Assembly: GCA_041649755.1 (NCBI GenBank)
Contig: JBAZMK010000001.1
Span: 66,826 to 130,825, forward strand
DNA: 64,000 nucleotides
DNA from: Candidatus Pacearchaeota archaeon
GTDB lineage: Archaea; Nanobdellota; Nanobdellia; Pacearchaeales; GW2011-AR1
Reading direction: 5' to 3'
Every line of letters starts with the position of its first letter. The stretch's first letter is position 1. The notes under the pieces were generated by a model, which worked only from the letters and a program-made list of their open reading frames with translations, was not told the DNA's origin and did not search any database. The position numbers and the translations under genes were made by a program. This document shows, piece after piece, positions 1 through 8,696 of this stretch.

Positions 1-189
1 CTTAAAAATCAGGGATGGAATTCTGAGAAAGTTAATTATATAATGAAAAAATCTTACGGCAAGAATGTTGGTTTGATTGAGATAATTCCTTTCAGCAAGA
101 TTTCTGCATTTTTGAGAAATAGAGAGGCAAAAAATAATTTAAATAATCCAAATAGAGTAGTTGAGTTTCATCCGAGAAACTTTGGGCAG
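1..189 (+). CDS. 3' end of an upstream gene (partial), hypothetical protein
   Basis: Open frame from position 1 to the TAG at 187-189; no recognisable motif. Confidence 0.3.
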
Positions 190-202
190 TAGGCTAGTAA
201 AC

Positions 203-210
203 TTTATAAA
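203..210 (+). promoter_or_regulatory. TATA box (tttataaa) about 25 nt upstream of the EF-2 ATG; would give a leaderless or short-leader transcript
   Basis: TTTATAAA centred 22-29 nt upstream of ATG 232; archaeal promoter geometry. Confidence 0.35.
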
Positions 211-231
211 GCATTTTTTCAATAATTGTTA

Positions 232-2403
232 ATGGCTGAAGATATGACTGTAAAGGTTAAGAAACTACAAAAAGACCCGACTCACATTCGTAATATTGCT
301 ATTTGCGCCCATATTGACCATGGTAAGACTACTTTTTCTGATAATCTGTTAGCAGGGGCAGGAATGCTTTCTGCCGAACTTGCCGGTAAGCAGTGTGCAT
401 TAGACTTTCATGAAGATGAGGCGGCGAGGGGGATAACAATAGATTCTGCCAGTGTTTCGATGATTCATAAATTTGATAATGAAGACTATTTAATTAACCT
501 AATTGATACTCCTGGTCACGTAGATTTTGGAGGAGATGTTACGAGAGCTATGAGGGCGGTTGATGGTGCGATTGTTCTTTGCTGTGCAAGTGAAGGAATA
601 ATGCCTCAGACAGAAACTGTTTTAAGACAGGCTTTGAAAGAGAGAGTAAAACCAGTTTTATTTATTAACAAAGTGGACAGATTAATTAGAGAAGTAAAAC
701 TAACCCCTGAAGAGATGCAAAAGAGATTTATTGATATAATTAATAATGTTAATAAGCTCATATTAAATATTGCTGAAGAAGAATATGGTTCAAAATGGCG
801 GGTTAGTGTTAATGAGGGGAGCGTGGCTTTTGGTTCGGCGTTTCATAACTGGGCATTGAGTATTCCTTATATGAAAAAGAAAGGAATTAGCTTTAAAGAG
901 ATAATTGATGCTTACGAATCTGGGGGGGAGAATTATAAAGAACTCGCGAAAAAGGCTCCTATTCACGAAGTCGTTTTAAATATGGTTATAAGAAACCACC
1001 CTAATCCTAAAGAAGCACAGGATTATAGAATCCCTAAGATATGGCACGGAGATGCTGATAGTTCTATTGGAAAGGATTTAAGGTCTTGCAATCCTGATGG
1101 AGAGGTTGCTTTTGTCCCTATTAAAATTGTAATTGATCCCCATGCTGGGGAGGTTGCTGCGGGAAGACTATTCTCGGGAAAAATAAAACAAGGAGATGAA
1201 CTCCATATGAACATTGCTAATAGAACTGTTAGGGTCCAGCAAGTTTCGGTTTATAAAGGGGCTCAGAGAGTTCAGCTTGATGAAGTCATAGCAGGAAATA
1301 TTGTAGGAATTGTCGGCTTAAGAGATGTTGTTGTTGGAGAGACTGTCTCTAAAAATCCGATTGAGCCTTTTGATGCGATTACTCATCTTTTTGAGCCAGT
1401 TGTTACAAAATCTATTACTGCAAAGAGGACTGCAGATTTGTCTAAATTAATTGAGGTTTTAAGGCAGGTTGGAAAGGAAGACCCGAGCCTTAGAATAGAA
1501 ATCAACGAGGAAACAGGGGAGTCTCTTATGTCTGGTATGGGGGAACTTCATTTAGAGATTATTGAAAACAGAATAAAAACAGAGAAAGGATTGGAAGTTG
1601 AGATGGGTCCGCCAATTGTTGTGTTTAGGGAGTCTGTTGTTAAGAAAAGCGAGCCTGCAGAAGGAAGATCTCCTAATAAGCATAATACTTTTTACCTTAC
1701 TGTTGAACCTTTGGAAGATAAGATTTCGGAAGCAATTGCTGAGGGGAAGCTTCCTGAAGGGAGAATAAAAAAGAAAGATAAAACCTTAGACGAAACGTTA
1801 GTAAAACTTGGAATTACTAGAGAAGAAGCACAGCAGTATAGGGATATTTTTCACGGGAATGTTTTTTTAGATAAGACGAAGGGAGAGGTTCATATTGGTG
1901 AAGTAATCGAACTTGTTTTGGACTCTTTTGAGGAAGTTATGAAGGCTGGTCCTTTGGCACGGGAACCTTGTTTGAGACTAAAAGTTTCTTTGGTTGACCT
2001 TAAACTTCACGAAGATGCAATACACAGGGGTCCTGCACAGGTTTATCCTGCTATTAGGGAATCTGTTAGAGAGGCTTTCGCTAAAGCGGTCCCAGCAATT
2101 TTTGAGCCTGTTCAGGTTCATCAGATTGAAGCACCAAACAATTTTATGGGGGCTGTTACATCGCTTATTTCTTCAAAGAGAGGAAATTTAATTGATGTAA
2201 ATCAGGATGCGGCAATGGTTACTATAAAAGCAGAGATTCCTGTCCAGGAGATGATTGGCTGGACCAGTGACCTTAGAAGTGCTACTGAGGGGCGAGGGGT
2301 TTCCAGTTTAGTTAGTCAGACTTTCAAGAAACTACCTAATGAACTTCAGACAAAGATAATAAGGCAGGTCAGAGATAGGAAAGGTTTGGCAGAAAATCAG
2401 TAA
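232..2403 (+). CDS. fusA: Translation elongation factor 2 (aEF-2)
   Basis: GTPase G1 motif AHIDHGKTT, DTPGHVDF, NKVD; length and domain order of archaeal/eukaryotic EF-2; true start is probably ATG 232 (MAEDMTVK) rather than the TTG at 226. Confidence 0.95.
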   Translation: MAEDMTVKVKKLQKDPTHIRNIAICAHIDHGKTTFSDNLLAGAGMLSAELAGKQCALDFHEDEAARGITIDSASVSMIHKFDNEDYLINLIDTPGHVDFGGDVTRAMRAVDGAIVLCCASEGIMPQTETVLRQALKERVKPVLFINKVDRLIREVKLTPEEMQKRFIDIINNVNKLILNIAEEEYGSKWRVSVNEGSVAFGSAFHNWALSIPYMKKKGISFKEIIDAYESGGENYKELAKKAPIHEVVLNMVIRNHPNPKEAQDYRIPKIWHGDADSSIGKDLRSCNPDGEVAFVPIKIVIDPHAGEVAAGRLFSGKIKQGDELHMNIANRTVRVQQVSVYKGAQRVQLDEVIAGNIVGIVGLRDVVVGETVSKNPIEPFDAITHLFEPVVTKSITAKRTADLSKLIEVLRQVGKEDPSLRIEINEETGESLMSGMGELHLEIIENRIKTEKGLEVEMGPPIVVFRESVVKKSEPAEGRSPNKHNTFYLTVEPLEDKISEAIAEGKLPEGRIKKKDKTLDETLVKLGITREEAQQYRDIFHGNVFLDKTKGEVHIGEVIELVLDSFEEVMKAGPLAREPCLRLKVSLVDLKLHEDAIHRGPAQVYPAIRESVREAFAKAVPAIFEPVQVHQIEAPNNFMGAVTSLISSKRGNLIDVNQDAAMVTIKAEIPVQEMIGWTSDLRSATEGRGVSSLVSQTFKKLPNELQTKIIRQVRDRKGLAENQ

Positions 2404-3032
2404 CTTAATCCTTTTTTCTTTGCGCAACTTGCACAAATTAAGTGTGTATCTTCTAAAGACATATAATACCTGTTCCCTTCCTCTAAAATATCATTGAATC
2501 TTGCCCAGCCTTCTTCTACGGTTAATTCCCCTTCTACAACTTCTTCAGGTATTTTTTCGGCTTCTTCCAGAATATGTGCCCGTTTTTGCCACATCTTTGC
2601 GTGGTAGAGATTTGGTTTTGCTGAACGGGAAATTTTTGCTCCACAAAGGAAACATTTATTTTGTTTCAGAAGAAGCTCTTGCTCTCTTTCTGTCCAACGA
2701 CGCTGGAAATCTACATCTTGAATTAAGTTTTTGTAATTAGCTACTCCTCCAAATCTAAAGAACTTTAGATTAACATTTCCGTTTGGGGACAGGATTACCT
2801 CACCAATTTTTTTAGTGTATCTCCAAATAATAAATTTTTTCTCTTTTCTTGGGGTTGTTACTGGACGACCTATTCTAAAAGATTTTGAGCCAAGAATGAT
2901 TTTACCTATTTGGACGGGGACTTTCTCCCTATTTTTTTGCTTCTTCTCCCTATTTTTTTGCTTTTCTCTCCTATCTTTTTTAGAGATATAACCTGGTTCA
3001 CCTGGGAGAATATCGGGGGTTTTTATTACCAT
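2397..3032 (-). CDS. Hypothetical protein with lysine-rich repeat N-terminus and C-terminal CxxC...H...H...CxxC zinc-ribbon/HNH-like motif
   Basis: Repeats REKQKNREKKQKNREK encoded by a 21-bp tandem DNA repeat; CFLCGAK...NLYHAK...AH...CASCAKK; convergent, overlaps the fusA stop by 7 nt. Confidence 0.45.
   Translation of the reverse strand: MVIKTPDILPGEPGYISKKDRREKQKNREKKQKNREKVPVQIGKIILGSKSFRIGRPVTTPRKEKKFIIWRYTKKIGEVILSPNGNVNLKFFRFGGVANYKNLIQDVDFQRRWTEREQELLLKQNKCFLCGAKISRSAKPNLYHAKMWQKRAHILEEAEKIPEEVVEGELTVEEGWARFNDILEEGNRYYMSLEDTHLICASCAKKKGLSY
2925..2967. repeat. Two-copy imperfect 21-bp tandem repeat (ctatttttttgcttcttctcc / ctatttttttgcttttctctcc) inside CDS 2397-3032
   Basis: Direct reading of the sequence; it encodes the KNREKKQ peptide repeats on the - strand. 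Confidence 0.5.
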
Positions 3033-3078
3033 AATCTCACTAAGAAAAGACGGTTTAAAAAATTGTTGTTCGGAAAAT

Positions 3079-3086
3079 ATATAAAT
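3079..3086 (+). promoter_or_regulatory. TATA box (atataaat) upstream of lysS
   Basis: AT-rich TATA-like octamer about 24 nt upstream of ATG 3107. Confidence 0.3.
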
Positions 3087-3106
3087 AGGGTTTATCTTGT
3101 TTGATT

Positions 3107-4573
3107 ATGGCAGGAAGAAAAGAGCAGATTGTTGGTGAGAGATTGAGAAAAATTGGTGAGTTAAAAATTTCTGGAACTAATCCTTATCCGCAGAGATTTG
3201 AGAAAAAAAATATGATTAGTGAGTGTTTTAAGATTGATAAGAAAGTTAAAACTGCCGGGAGATTAGTTAGTAAGAGAGATATTGGGAAGATTATTTTTTC
3301 AAAGATTCAGGACGAGTCGGGTTCTATTCAAGTTGTTTTGCAGGAAGGCAAGACTAAACAAGAATTTATTGATTTTTTTAAAAGTTATATAGATTTAGGA
3401 GATATTGTTGGGGTTTCAGGAAAAGTGATTAAGACAAAGACGGGGGAGATTTCAATTCTTTGCGAGAAACTTGAACTTTTGAGTAAGTCAGTTTTACCTT
3501 TGCCTGAAAAGTGGCACGGACTTCAGGAAAAAGAAGACAGATATAGGAAAAGGTATCTGGATATGATTGTTAATCCAGAAGTTTTGGAGGTTTTTAAGAA
3601 GAAAAGTGTGATTATTGATACAATTAGAGGTTATCTGAAAAAAAATAATTTTACAGAGGTTGAGACGCCGAATTTGCAGGCAATTTACGGGGGGGCGAGT
3701 GCAGAACCTTTTAGAACTCATTTGAATGCTCTTGATATGGATTTATTCCTTTCAATTTCTCCAGAACTTTATCTGAAAAGACTTATTGTCGGGGGGTTTG
3801 ATAGGGTTTTTACAATTTCAAAGAACTTTAGGAATGAAGGAATTGATGCTACTCACAATCCTGAGTTTACAATGATGGAATTTTATTGTGCTTATTCAAA
3901 TTATGAAAAACTTATGGTTATGACAGAAGAGATGCTGAAACTTATTTTTAAGAATTTGAAAATAAAGGAAGAAATTAAATCAGGAGAGAAGTTAATTAAA
4001 TTTAAGTTTCCGATAAAAAGGGTCAGGTTTTGGGATTTAATTCTTGAAAAGACGGGAATTGACCTTGAGAAAATGAGCGATTTTGATTCGCTTAAAGAAG
4101 AGATTGAAAGAAAGGGGATAAAGGGGGTTGATATTTCAGGGTGCAAACATTACGGAGCTTTGCTTGATGAACTTTATAAAAGGGTTGTAAGACCGAGCAT
4201 CGTTGAGCCTATTTTCCTTACTCATTACCCTGTTGAGATGATTGCTCTTGCGAAAAGAAATGAAGAAAATCCCAGACTCATTAATACTTTTCAATTAATT
4301 GTTGACGGGGCGGAGCTTGTTAAGGCTTATGACGAGTTGAATGACCCTTTTGACCAAGAGAAGCGTTTAAAGGAGCAGGCCGATTTGCTTTGCGAAGGCG
4401 ACAGGGAAGCAATGCCTATGGACATTGATTTTATTGAAGCTTTGAAAACGGGAATGCCTCCGACAGCAGGTTATGGTATGGGGATTGACAGAATTGCAAT
4501 TTTGCTGACCGAACAAGAGTCTATAAGAGATGTTATTCCTTTCCCTTTTATGAAGCCTGAGGTTGAAGATTGA
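3107..4573 (+). CDS. lysS: Lysyl-tRNA synthetase, class II
   Basis: N-terminal OB anticodon-binding region; class II motif 2 FRNEGIDATHNPEFTMMEFY; motif 3 GMGIDRIAILLT; likely start at ATG 3107 (MAGRKEQ). Confidence 0.9.
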   Translation: MAGRKEQIVGERLRKIGELKISGTNPYPQRFEKKNMISECFKIDKKVKTAGRLVSKRDIGKIIFSKIQDESGSIQVVLQEGKTKQEFIDFFKSYIDLGDIVGVSGKVIKTKTGEISILCEKLELLSKSVLPLPEKWHGLQEKEDRYRKRYLDMIVNPEVLEVFKKKSVIIDTIRGYLKKNNFTEVETPNLQAIYGGASAEPFRTHLNALDMDLFLSISPELYLKRLIVGGFDRVFTISKNFRNEGIDATHNPEFTMMEFYCAYSNYEKLMVMTEEMLKLIFKNLKIKEEIKSGEKLIKFKFPIKRVRFWDLILEKTGIDLEKMSDFDSLKEEIERKGIKGVDISGCKHYGALLDELYKRVVRPSIVEPIFLTHYPVEMIALAKRNEENPRLINTFQLIVDGAELVKAYDELNDPFDQEKRLKEQADLLCEGDREAMPMDIDFIEALKTGMPPTAGYGMGIDRIAILLTEQESIRDVIPFPFMKPEVED

Positions 4574-4576
4574 AAT

Positions 4577-4738
4577 ATGGCGTTGGTGATAAAAAGTAAT
4601 ATTAGAAAGTATGTTGAGGCGAGTGTGTCTGACGAGTTTGAGAGGGAATTTGAGAGGAAAACGGAAGAGATGCTGAAAAAAGCTGAAGAACGGGCGAAGG
4701 CTAACGGGCGAAGGACTCTTTTTGCACGAGATTTATAA
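4577..4738 (+). CDS. Small (53 aa) histone-fold-like / DUF1931-like DNA-binding protein; missed by the ORF track (<60 aa)
   Basis: ATG..TAA frame MALVIKSNIRKYVEASVSDEFEREFERKTEEMLKKAEERAKANGRRTLFARDL; pattern VS.D...E.....EEM...A...A...GRRT..A.D resembles the archaeal histone / DUF1931 helix-strand-helix. Confidence 0.35.
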   Translation: MALVIKSNIRKYVEASVSDEFEREFERKTEEMLKKAEERAKANGRRTLFARDL

Positions 4739-4739
4739 T

Positions 4740-5783
4740 TTAGCAGACAACTTTTCCGTTTAAAATTTGTTCTCTTAAATTATTGATTTCTTCTTCTGTT
4801 TTTTTGGCTCTACCCTTGAGTAATTGTTCTAAATCTTTTGATTCTAATTCTAATATTCTCTTTAAATCTTTGAGTTCTCTTACTATCTGTGAAATCTCTT
4901 TGCTTGTAAGATTTAGATGTGATAGGAATCTGTATCCTTTCGGCATTATGTTCTCTTCAACAGGTTTTTCAAATATGAGACGAGAAATTGATTCTAGGTC
5001 TAAAATTCCTTCAAAAGTAAGATTTTCAAGAAGATTTACAGATTTTTTCAAAGATAATATTGAATAATCTCTAAGAAGTTCACTTTTTGTTTTTTCTATT
5101 CCTCTTAGAAGTTCCCTGTATCTCATCTGCATAACATTGCCTTCTTTTCCGAGTTCTGTAAAACTTTTTTTAATTGATTCTGAGATTTTCATTATCATTT
5201 CTGTTCTTTGGAGGACCTTGCAAACATCACCTACGGAAACGAGTTTTGACATTTCAAGGATGTTGAGGGTTCCTAATTGCTCGTCGAAAATTTCCCTTTG
5301 CTTTTCAAGAATCTGAAGGGTTGAACTAATCTCCCTTATTAATTCTTCTGTTGTTTTAAGATAATACTTTGAGTTTTGGAAATAAAGAGTTGTCTTTCTT
5401 TTTCTTTCTGAGATAGCGATGACAAAAGTTTTTGCCTGTTTTGCTATCCTTTCTGCAGCTTTATGGCGTGTTCCAGTTTCGTTAGTGTGTATGGAGTTGT
5501 CGGGAGTCATTAGTACATTTGCATAGAGAATTCTCTTAAAGTCATCTGAAATTATTATCCCCCCGTCCATTTTGCATAGTTCAAAGAGTTTTTGTGCTGT
5601 AAAACGGCAGTTAATCCTGAATCCTCCCTCAAAAAGCCCTTTTTCGTGAAGTTCGGGAGAATCAAAAACAATTATTGCTCCAAGGTCAGACCTTAAAAGG
5701 TCGTCTATCACATTTCTTAGTGTTGTTCCGGGGGAAACTATCTTTATTAAATCTATGAAGTTTTTCTCTTTTTCTGCAACCAT
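4740..5783 (-). CDS. disA: DisA-type diadenylate cyclase (DNA integrity scanning protein family)
   Basis: DAC domain motifs DGAIIV / DGGIIISDD and RHKAAERIAKQ (bacterial consensus GTRHRAA), helical linker and C-terminal helical region; 347 aa. Confidence 0.8.
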   Translation of the reverse strand: MVAEKEKNFIDLIKIVSPGTTLRNVIDDLLRSDLGAIIVFDSPELHEKGLFEGGFRINCRFTAQKLFELCKMDGGIIISDDFKRILYANVLMTPDNSIHTNETGTRHKAAERIAKQAKTFVIAISERKRKTTLYFQNSKYYLKTTEELIREISSTLQILEKQREIFDEQLGTLNILEMSKLVSVGDVCKVLQRTEMIMKISESIKKSFTELGKEGNVMQMRYRELLRGIEKTKSELLRDYSILSLKKSVNLLENLTFEGILDLESISRLIFEKPVEENIMPKGYRFLSHLNLTSKEISQIVRELKDLKRILELESKDLEQLLKGRAKKTEEEINNLREQILNGKVVC

Positions 5784-5805
5784 GGGGAAAACAAGAACAT
5801 CTACT

Positions 5806-5813
5806 ATTTATAA
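5806..5813 (-). promoter_or_regulatory. TATA box (ttataaat on - strand) about 25 nt upstream of the disA start
   Basis: Reverse complement of 5806-5813 gives GTTATAAATAG; distance to ATG 5783 is about 25 nt. Confidence 0.3.
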
Positions 5814-5909
5814 CTTTATGTATCTCTTCGTATTTACTGGAAAATAAGAAAATGAAATTAAGAAATATAGTATAATAATCTTTAAATAAGTTTTATTTTT
5901 AATTTTTAT

Positions 5910-6272
5910 ATGGGTTTATTCAGTCTATTAGAAAATACTTCCAGCCCTTTTGAAAGACGGAGGATTATTGAAAAGTTTTTAGAAACACAAGATTTATCAA
6001 AAATAATTCCTGCCAAATCAGGACTTTCTAAAGAGGATAGTGTTCCTTCAGAAGATCCTCCTTATCGAGGGGATGTAATAACGGTTCTTCCCTTTGCAAA
6101 AGGTGGCAGATATCGAATAAAAGAACCTATAGTAGAAGATGGTATAGTCTATGTTTTGGGTATTGTTCAGCCCCGTAGTCGGTTACTGGTAGTTGACGAA
6201 AAAGATGACCTTTATGTCTTACATAGGGAGGAGATTTATTTCCCTATCCCCTCTAATCACATTTTTATATAA
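5910..6272 (+). CDS. Hypothetical protein (120 aa)
   Basis: ORF with ATG; no recognisable motifs. Confidence 0.4.
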   Translation: MGLFSLLENTSSPFERRRIIEKFLETQDLSKIIPAKSGLSKEDSVPSEDPPYRGDVITVLPFAKGGRYRIKEPIVEDGIVYVLGIVQPRSRLLVVDEKDDLYVLHREEIYFPIPSNHIFI

Positions 6273-6279
6273 GTAAAAG

Positions 6280-6287
6280 TTATAAAA
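6280..6287 (+). promoter_or_regulatory. TATA box (ttataaaa) upstream of kae1
   Basis: Centred about 24 nt upstream of ATG 6308. Confidence 0.35.
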
Positions 6288-6307
6288 CACCTTTTGCTTT
6301 ATTTTCT

Positions 6308-7303
6308 ATGAAATACATCTTAGGAATTGAGAGCACGGCGCATACTTTTGGAGTTGCTGTTGTGGATTTTGGGGGAAAGATTTTGTCTAATGTAAAAGAT
6401 GTTTACACGACTGAAAAGGGTGGGATGATTCCTATTGAAGTCAGAAAACATCACCAAAAAGTCTCTAAAGAATTGTACGAGCGTGCTTTGAAGGAGGCTA
6501 TGATTAACGAAGCGGATATTGAGGCTGTTGCTTTTTCTAATGCTCCGGGACTTGCACCTTGTTTGCTGGAAGGGATGAAATTTTCTAAAGATACTGCGAA
6601 AAAATTAGGTATACCTGTTGTTTGCGTCAATCATTGCATTGCCCATTTAGAAATTGGGGAGACAACTGGGGCAAAGGACCCTGTTCTGCTTTACGCGAGT
6701 GGAGCAAACACACAAGTAATTGCTTATGAGGCTGGGAAGTATAGAGTTTTTGGCGAGACTCTTGATTTAGGGGTGGGAAATTTCATTGACACTATCGCTA
6801 GATATTTGGGGTTGGGTTTTCCTGGTGGACCAAAGATACAAAAGATGGCGGAAGAATATGAAAACAAAAGTGAAATTATTGATTTGCCTTACTCTGTTAA
6901 AGGAATGGATGTCGCATTTTCGGGTTTGCAGACAAAAATCAAGAATTTAGTTGACAAAAAAGAGGATTTAAGGAAGATAGCTTATTCTATGCAGGAAACT
7001 ATTTTTGCTATGCTTGTTGAAGTTGCTGAAAGGGCTCTGGCACACACTGGGAAAAAAGAACTTCTGCTTGGGGGAGGAGTTGCTTGCAACAGCAGATTGC
7101 AAGAAATGTGCAAGAAAATGTGTGATGATAGGGGTGTGAAGTTTTTCTGTCCAAACAGAAGTTTACTTGTGGATAATGCGGGGATGATAGGGTATCTTGG
7201 ATTAAAAATGTTTAAGGAAGGGTTGTTTGAGGGAGATTTAAACAAAGCAGATATAAAACCTAGAGAAAGGACGGACGATGTTGTGGTTGGGTGGAGAGTT
7301 TAG
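6308..7303 (+). CDS. kae1: tRNA N6-adenosine threonylcarbamoyltransferase Kae1
   Basis: ASKHA fold; metal-binding HCIAHLE motif; YASGANTQ; stand-alone, not fused to Bud32. Confidence 0.9.
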   Translation: MKYILGIESTAHTFGVAVVDFGGKILSNVKDVYTTEKGGMIPIEVRKHHQKVSKELYERALKEAMINEADIEAVAFSNAPGLAPCLLEGMKFSKDTAKKLGIPVVCVNHCIAHLEIGETTGAKDPVLLYASGANTQVIAYEAGKYRVFGETLDLGVGNFIDTIARYLGLGFPGGPKIQKMAEEYENKSEIIDLPYSVKGMDVAFSGLQTKIKNLVDKKEDLRKIAYSMQETIFAMLVEVAERALAHTGKKELLLGGGVACNSRLQEMCKKMCDDRGVKFFCPNRSLLVDNAGMIGYLGLKMFKEGLFEGDLNKADIKPRERTDDVVVGWRV

Positions 7304-7336
7304 ATAAGATTATAAATTGTTATTTTTTGTATTTAC

Positions 7337-7576
7337 ATGGAAGATATAATTGCTTTTAGTAGGGTTATGTTGGAAGAGCATGTAAGGCTAATTGGATTTG
7401 AAGATTTAAAATGGTGTCTTTCTGATTCTTCTTGGTGGGGGGAAGGTATTAGAGATATTCTTTATGGTAAACCTAAAAATTATAGTGGGCCCTATGAGGA
7501 TTATGTTGAACCTATTGTTGTTGAAGAAGTGGATAATAAAAAAAATCATTTGTTGTTTAGATGGATTGAAAAATAA
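7337..7576 (+). CDS. Hypothetical small protein (79 aa)
   Basis: ORF only. Confidence 0.3.
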   Translation: MEDIIAFSRVMLEEHVRLIGFEDLKWCLSDSSWWGEGIRDILYGKPKNYSGPYEDYVEPIVVEEVDNKKNHLLFRWIEK

Positions 7577-7669
7577 TCTTGAATGAATAGTTTTATAAAC
7601 TCAAATTTCTCTTTTCTTTCACCAATGATTAACTTTTGGTTATGAGGACTTTGTTCTCAATTAAATAAA

Positions 7670-7954
7670 ATGGCAGAAACATACGATATTATCGAGAAAG
7701 CGTCTAAGACTGGCAAGGTAGACAAGGGTGTGAATGAAGTTACCAAGGCGGTTGAGAGGGGGGTAGCAAAGCTTGTTGTTGTTGCAAAAGATGTTGAGCC
7801 CAAAGAACTTACTCAGCATTTGCCGATTCTTTGCAAAGAGAAAGGAATTAAATTCGCTGAAGTGGATTCCAAGGAAAAACTAGGAATTTGCGCAGGAATT
7901 AGCAGACCAACAACTGCTGTTGCTGTAATCAAAGAAGGCGACGCAAAACTCTGA
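7670..7954 (+). CDS. rpl7ae: Ribosomal protein L7Ae (K-turn binding)
   Basis: NEVTKAVERGVAKLVVVAKDVEP...LPILCKEKGI matches the L7Ae/L30e fold; first gene of the conserved L7Ae-S28e-L24e cluster. Confidence 0.85.
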   Translation: MAETYDIIEKASKTGKVDKGVNEVTKAVERGVAKLVVVAKDVEPKELTQHLPILCKEKGIKFAEVDSKEKLGICAGISRPTTAVAVIKEGDAKL

Positions 7955-7969
7955 TAATTTACTAAGAGA

Positions 7970-8278
7970 ATGGCTAAAGAAAAAAAGGAAAAAGGAAAGC
8001 CTCAGCAGGAAAAGAAACAAGGGGGCTCGAAAGGTTCTGAAAAACTTACTGAAGAAGGTGCTGTTCCAGCAATTGTAGAAGCAATTTTAGGAAGAAGCGG
8101 AACAAAAGGGGAAATCACACAGGTAAAGTGTAAGATTTTACAGGGAAGAAATAGAGGAAAATCTATAAGAAGAAATGTCAGAGGTCCAGTGAGAAAGAGA
8201 GATATTTTGATGCTTAGAGAAACAGAGATTGAAGCACGAAGAATAATGAAGAAAATAAACAAAGGAGCACAGAGTTAA
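7970..8278 (+). CDS. rps28e: Ribosomal protein S28e
   Basis: [40 protein letters not shown] matches the S28e core; lysine-rich N-terminal extension. Confidence 0.85.
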   Translation: MAKEKKEKGKPQQEKKQGGSKGSEKLTEEGAVPAIVEAILGRSGTKGEITQVKCKILQGRNRGKSIRRNVRGPVRKRDILMLRETEIEARRIMKKINKGAQS

Positions 8279-8279
8279 G

Positions 8280-8459
8280 ATGCCTGTTTGTTCATTTTGC
8301 AAAAAAAGTTACGAATTTCCACGAGGAACTACTGTAGTTTTAAAAGATGGGAATGTAAAATATTACTGCTCTTCAAAATGCCGAAAGAACGTCAAAATCG
8401 GAAGAGTCGCTAAGAAAGTCAAGTGGGTAAAGAAAGCTAAAAAAGAAAAAAGTAATTAA
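8280..8459 (+). CDS. rpl24e: Ribosomal protein L24e (59 aa); missed by the ORF track
   Basis: MPVCSFCKKSYEFPRGTTVVLKDGNVKYYCSSKCRKNV is the TRASH-like C4 zinc motif of L24e; directly follows S28e as in the canonical archaeal cluster. Confidence 0.8.
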   Translation: MPVCSFCKKSYEFPRGTTVVLKDGNVKYYCSSKCRKNVKIGRVAKKVKWVKKAKKEKSN

Positions 8460-8635
8460 GAAAATCTCTCTAATCTCCCAATTACTCTCCCCCTAATGTA
8501 TACTCTATCCCCATCCGTTCTATATACCTCATTTGTTCTTGGGTTTGTCAAAGTATCTCCCCCCTTAGGGACCACATAAAAAGGTTTTCCATCTATTACT
8601 TTCCTAGTTTTTTCTGTGGTGTTTATGAGTGGCAT
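8456..8635 (-). CDS. Hypothetical small protein (59 aa)
   Basis: ATG..TAA ORF MPLINTTEKTRKVIDGKPFYVVPKGGDTLTNPRTNEVYRTDGDRVYIRGRVIGRLERFS; no family recognised; convergent with L24e. Confidence 0.25.
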   Translation of the reverse strand: MPLINTTEKTRKVIDGKPFYVVPKGGDTLTNPRTNEVYRTDGDRVYIRGRVIGRLERFS

Positions 8636-8696
8636 TTAATATGAAAAAAAGGGTATTATTTAAATTATTGGTATAATCCTTCCTTAGTTATATCCA

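Noticed and set aside
1023-3104. Short ORFs 1023-1214(-), 1994-2191(+), 2501-2740(+), 2910-3104(+) overlapping fusA or the Lys-rich protein gene
   Set aside because: Each is fully contained in or antisense to a strongly supported gene. No motifs. Typical spurious ORFs in AT-rich DNA.
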